This document shows, one piece after another, positions 60,309 through 64,000 of a DNA stretch of 64,000 nucleotides. The position numbers and the translations under genes were made by a program. Position 1 is the first letter of the stretch, and every line of letters begins with the position of its first letter. The DNA comes from Psammoneis japonica (taxonomy: Eukaryota). The notes under the pieces were generated by a model. The model ran no database searches. It was not told the origin of the DNA and worked only from the letters and a program-made list of their open reading frames with translations. The stretch spans positions 248,001-312,000 of the forward strand of contig QPGO01000039.1 in assembly GCA_008632985.1 (NCBI GenBank), in the 5' to 3' direction.

Positions 60309-61553
60309 ATGGGAATCTCTTCTTCTAAACCTCCAACACCGGAGGAAGAGAGAAAACGAAAACTCGCTCAAAGCGGAGTGCTAGTTCCTCCCTCTTTTGG
60401 TGTTAGTAGTTCCACGCTGGAAAACCAACACTATTCCAATTTACTGTGTTTTGATGCTGTATCCAAGCAACTGCCTTGCAATAGACTTTTGCAGGATTTC
60501 TTGGTACAACCGGGGCTATGGATATCCGCGTCTACAAATTCAGGTGGGTCCGTCTTGGCATCATATAAACAAAATGACACGGACGCCACCCTCGTTGCGT
60601 CTCAGCAAGTCAATACAAACGGACCAGTCGTACAAGTACGAGCCGATAGCGTGTCGGGAGCCACTCCGCATTTAGCAGTGTATCATAGCTTTACAAATAG
60701 CGTTCAGGTGCACGGGACTATTCACTCGTCAGGAAACAGACGGGTTGGTTGTCAAATTACGGATGTATTGCGACTCTTGCCAAGACAACACACAACGACA
60801 TCAACAACAGAGTATTATCGCAATAATCCATTTGATGAAACTAGTAGCCAGCAAGACAAAGAAAAATCGGAAATGATACCGCAAGTTCAGTTAGGAACGT
60901 GGGCCGATTTTTCTGCCAGCAAGGAGAAACCTGTCAACAGCTTGACTGGATTTGGATGCATCAAGTCTCATGACTATATAGCCGCGGTGGAAGGTGCGGT
61001 TCCACTGAAACAAGATGGTAGCAATGAAGTGAAACTCTCCTATCTGGCTTCGGTTGATTTGAATTCCGACGGACCATCACCCCTGTCTGTTACACTGACG
61101 AAAACACCCTCTCAATCAAAAATGGCGCTCAGTCAACTGATATCCTTTGATCGAGTCGTCACGAATATCTTGGAAGAACGTTGCCCGAAGATTCGCAATA
61201 CCGTTGGATGGAGTGTCCAAATGGCGTCCAAGAATAATGCGTCAGAGGTCAGTGACAACAACAATGATGTATCGGCAGCATGTGCATGGCAAATCAATCG
61301 GGGCTTGGCTTTCAAAGTTTTGGCATCACCGACCAGCGGCATTACTGCTGGGATTCTGCTCAAACGATGGAAGGAGCCACGTGTTACGTGCTGTTTGATG
61401 TTGGGTCAACAAACTAGAGGTATTCACATTGAAATCGAAACTGGACCACCGTTTTGGCAATCCAAGGACTTGTATGCAAACGCTGCTAGTAATGAGGAAG
61501 CGCCCGTCACAAGGACGAGTCTGGCGACCGATGACAATGATAGTTTTTCATGA
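60309..61553 (+). CDS. Hypothetical protein, possible N-myristoylation, beta-strand-rich
   Basis: Intact ORF, MGISSSK start, normal composition. Confidence 0.65.
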   Translation: MGISSSKPPTPEEERKRKLAQSGVLVPPSFGVSSSTLENQHYSNLLCFDAVSKQLPCNRLLQDFLVQPGLWISASTNSGGSVLASYKQNDTDATLVASQQVNTNGPVVQVRADSVSGATPHLAVYHSFTNSVQVHGTIHSSGNRRVGCQITDVLRLLPRQHTTTSTTEYYRNNPFDETSSQQDKEKSEMIPQVQLGTWADFSASKEKPVNSLTGFGCIKSHDYIAAVEGAVPLKQDGSNEVKLSYLASVDLNSDGPSPLSVTLTKTPSQSKMALSQLISFDRVVTNILEERCPKIRNTVGWSVQMASKNNASEVSDNNNDVSAACAWQINRGLAFKVLASPTSGITAGILLKRWKEPRVTCCLMLGQQTRGIHIEIETGPPFWQSKDLYANAASNEEAPVTRTSLATDDNDSFS

Positions 61554-61589
61554 TAGCAAGATTTATGATGAAACTATCGTAGCATACTT

Positions 61590-62777
61590 TTACATATCGA
61601 TCCAATCGATTGGTTCCTTTAGAACCTCCATTAATTCTTCTTCGGGGCTGCCTTTTTCGACAACATGGTTGTATTCCCACGCAATCAGCGGCGGAGCTGA
61701 TACCATTACTCCCTCTACGCGTGGATTTGCATGAGCTAGCCCAAATTTTACGCCGCGATCATAAAGCAAATTGAATTCCAAATACCGCCCTCTCCTCAGC
61801 AGTTGCCAATGTCGTTGCTGGTCTGTGTATTTTTCGTTGCGTCGTTTCTCTACAATGGGCAGCCACGAGGGCAGCCATGCGTCACTGACACCCTTGACAA
61901 AGTCCATGGAGCTCGGGGTTGCCATGACATCATCGAAAAAGATACCACCCGTACCACGATGCTCTTGTCGGGCTGTGAGATAAAAGTAATCATCACACGC
62001 CTTCTTCAATTCCTCGTAGGCAAAGGTTTCGTCATTGGTTTCCTCCACAGCGTCATCACACAATTTCTTGTAAATCAAATGAAAATCTCGAATATCATCG
62101 TTATGCAAATAATACGGTGTCAGGTCGGCACCACCCCCAAACCATGCCATGCTGCACGTCGACGATGATTGGACGAGAAATATGCGTACATCGGAACGAA
62201 ACGTGGGCACCATTGGACTACGGGAATGCAAAACGATACTGAGTGCTGCGGCCGAATAGGTATCGCCCGCTTGAACATCTTGTTCATCATCCGAATCTTG
62301 CTGATTTTGTTGTCTCGCTCGAATGGCTCCAGCCCGTTCCTTGGACAAGACACCCTGTTGAATCATGGTGAAGCTACATGCACCCTTTTCAATCACGTCA
62401 CCACCTTGAATGACTCGTGTGATACCGCCGCTCCTCCCTCCCTCCTCCTTGTCAGCAAACACTCCCCACGTATCATTGGTGAAGGCAGCACCGGATCCGT
62501 CCATTTCTTCCAAGGCGTTAACAATCTCTAATTGTTTTGTCTGCAAAAAGTCGCTAAACTCGTGAAACAATACAGTTGAACTCTTCTCTTGAGTCTTCGT
62601 ATCGGAATCGGTATCGGCATCCTCCTCCTCCACAAGAGACATTCTAAATCCATTATTGGCCGCATCCGTAGCAAGCGATGGCCGGCGGTTTGCAATGGAT
62701 TTGGGTGCAAAGATTAACGCTGCTGCTTGACGAGGAAGCGCGTTCAGCAAAACGACGCTCGTGCTAAACGCCTTCAT
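61590..62777 (-). CDS. hemF: Oxygen-dependent coproporphyrinogen III oxidase with N-terminal targeting peptide
   Basis: WFGGGADLTPYY, RGTGGIFFDD, RRGRYLEFNLLYDRGVKFGL. Confidence 0.95.
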   Translation of the reverse strand: MKAFSTSVVLLNALPRQAAALIFAPKSIANRRPSLATDAANNGFRMSLVEEEDADTDSDTKTQEKSSTVLFHEFSDFLQTKQLEIVNALEEMDGSGAAFTNDTWGVFADKEEGGRSGGITRVIQGGDVIEKGACSFTMIQQGVLSKERAGAIRARQQNQQDSDDEQDVQAGDTYSAAALSIVLHSRSPMVPTFRSDVRIFLVQSSSTCSMAWFGGGADLTPYYLHNDDIRDFHLIYKKLCDDAVEETNDETFAYEELKKACDDYFYLTARQEHRGTGGIFFDDVMATPSSMDFVKGVSDAWLPSWLPIVEKRRNEKYTDQQRHWQLLRRGRYLEFNLLYDRGVKFGLAHANPRVEGVMVSAPPLIAWEYNHVVEKGSPEEELMEVLKEPIDWIDM

Positions 62778-63366
62778 GGTGACTATGAAATCCAAAGCCG
62801 CAATCTCTTTTGATGCAAAACAGAGACAGCCGGCAGCGTTGATGTCAGGTCCTTGTGCTCGCGACACAAGCGTTGCCTCCCCTCTTTGCTTTATTTCACT
62901 CGGGCGGGCGGCAAGGGTGCGGTGACGTTTTGCCGTCAGCAGTCATCGCGCAGAGGCAAGTGGCATTTTTTGAAATTTTCGTTTCTGCCGGCGCGTTTTG
63001 TATCGAAGCATGTGTCACTATATTATATTAAAATGCATAATATATGAATATATGACCTTTTCCATACAAAAATCTACAAATAACAATGATTAAATTATTC
63101 AAAATTATAAAGAACATTAATCCTATCAGAGAAAGATCTTTCCGAATGTATTCAACGTTGAAAGAGCTCAAGAAAGGTACTATCAAGACTATAAGAAAAA
63201 GAGAAGTATCTCTTTTTCTCACAAAGGTAGAAAGCTACAGGACCAACAAGCTCCAGTAGGGCCCTACCGCCGGCCATCATCTGCTGAATTTTCTCCATAC
63301 ACATCATGATACAGACTAAGCTTGGGTACTTGCTACGGTACAGTAGAGTAGAGGCTCTCTCTACTC

Positions 63367-63368
<2 letters not shown>

Positions 63369-63417
<49 letters not shown>
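63369..63417. repeat. (GA)n microsatellite
   Basis: About 24 perfect GA units. Confidence 0.95.
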
Positions 63418-63420
<3 letters not shown>

Positions 63421-63626
63421 TACAGCACCAGAGAGGGACTACTGCGACTATGAGAAAAAGAGAACGACATTGTTGATTGAAAAGGAAAGCCCGGCCAAGT
63501 CATTATTGTGAGAACCCGAACTCCTCGACGTCGATCGTGGGTGTCAAGTCGATAGGTTTCTTGTTTGCCTCAACCTGCTTTCAAAACATACCAGGTAAAG
63601 AACAACGAACATTGAGAACAAGTGTT

Positions 63627-64000
63627 ATGAGAGAACGAAGAAGACACAGTCGCCCCACAACGGAGGGACGCGGAATAAACGGTCAAGGAGGGAGGCAGGG
63701 TCAAAATGCTGACACCAAGAGGCTTCTCCCCGACAGTCGCGAAGAAAAGATGCGTCGACGTGAGGAGCATAAGAAGCTTCTTCTTCTCCCAAAGGACACC
63801 TTCAGTTTCTTCGCTTATGTTGAGTTCGGAAGCAAATCATTTGTACTGGCGTTCCTAGTGCTTTTGGTCCAAGTGCTGACCCTATCCTTCTTAATGGCAG
63901 ATGGAATAGACCTCGAAGATGACAAGAATCCCCTCAACATCCCCGCATCAGTTACTGGGGAAGTGCTAGCATGCCAGTTTCTAGCCTTGCTCATTGCAGT
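63627..64000 (+). CDS. 5' part of a membrane protein running off the window end
   Basis: Open frame ...LPKDTFSFFAY...FVLAFLVLLVQVLTLSFLM...NPLNIPASV...CQFLALLIAV. Start uncertain. Confidence 0.6.
   Translation, partial: MRERRRHSRPTTEGRGINGQGGRQGQNADTKRLLPDSREEKMRRREEHKKLLLLPKDTFSFFAYVEFGSKSFVLAFLVLLVQVLTLSFLMADGIDLEDDKNPLNIPASVTGEVLACQFLALLIA

Noticed and set aside
1..64000. A gene in this window encoding the putative mutator (deaminase or methyltransferase); tRNA/rRNA genes
   Set aside because: No HxE...PCxxC deaminase or DNA-methyltransferase motifs and no structural RNA genes were recognised. The 2OG-Fe(II) oxygenase has no evident link to the process.

Overview
Eukaryotic nuclear DNA, most likely from a diatom. 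This is inferred from short GT-AG introns, bipartite-type plastid presequences, diatom-like gene families and CoDi-like Copia RT. About 20 ordinary genes are present, including SEC63, ABCF2-like, MIC10, HemF/CPOX, CNNM, EamA, sulfotransferase, lipase, F-box/LRR, two 7TM receptors and a DGK1-like kinase. They alternate with six sharply bounded blocks (about 3.1-4.9, 8.5-16.0, 19.0-20.8, 31.0-37.9, 40.7-43.5 and 50.0-53.8 kb; roughly 40% of the window) made of decayed transposons and decayed host-like genes. The standout signal is in these blocks. TpA is almost erased (stretches of 1-1.6 kb with none, counted by eye), CpG is only partly depleted, and both are converted to TpG/CpA. Internal comparisons show directional TA->TG/CA changes: a paralog pair, TIR pairs, tandem domains, and conserved Tyr codons turned to Cys/His. 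Surviving TA sites suggest that A in 5'-TAY-3' is the preferred target. This looks like a repeat-targeted A:T->G:C hypermutation or genome-defence process running opposite to fungal RIP and not explained by 5mC deamination. The mechanism is inference only, and I could not check the literature for novelty. All counts are manual.
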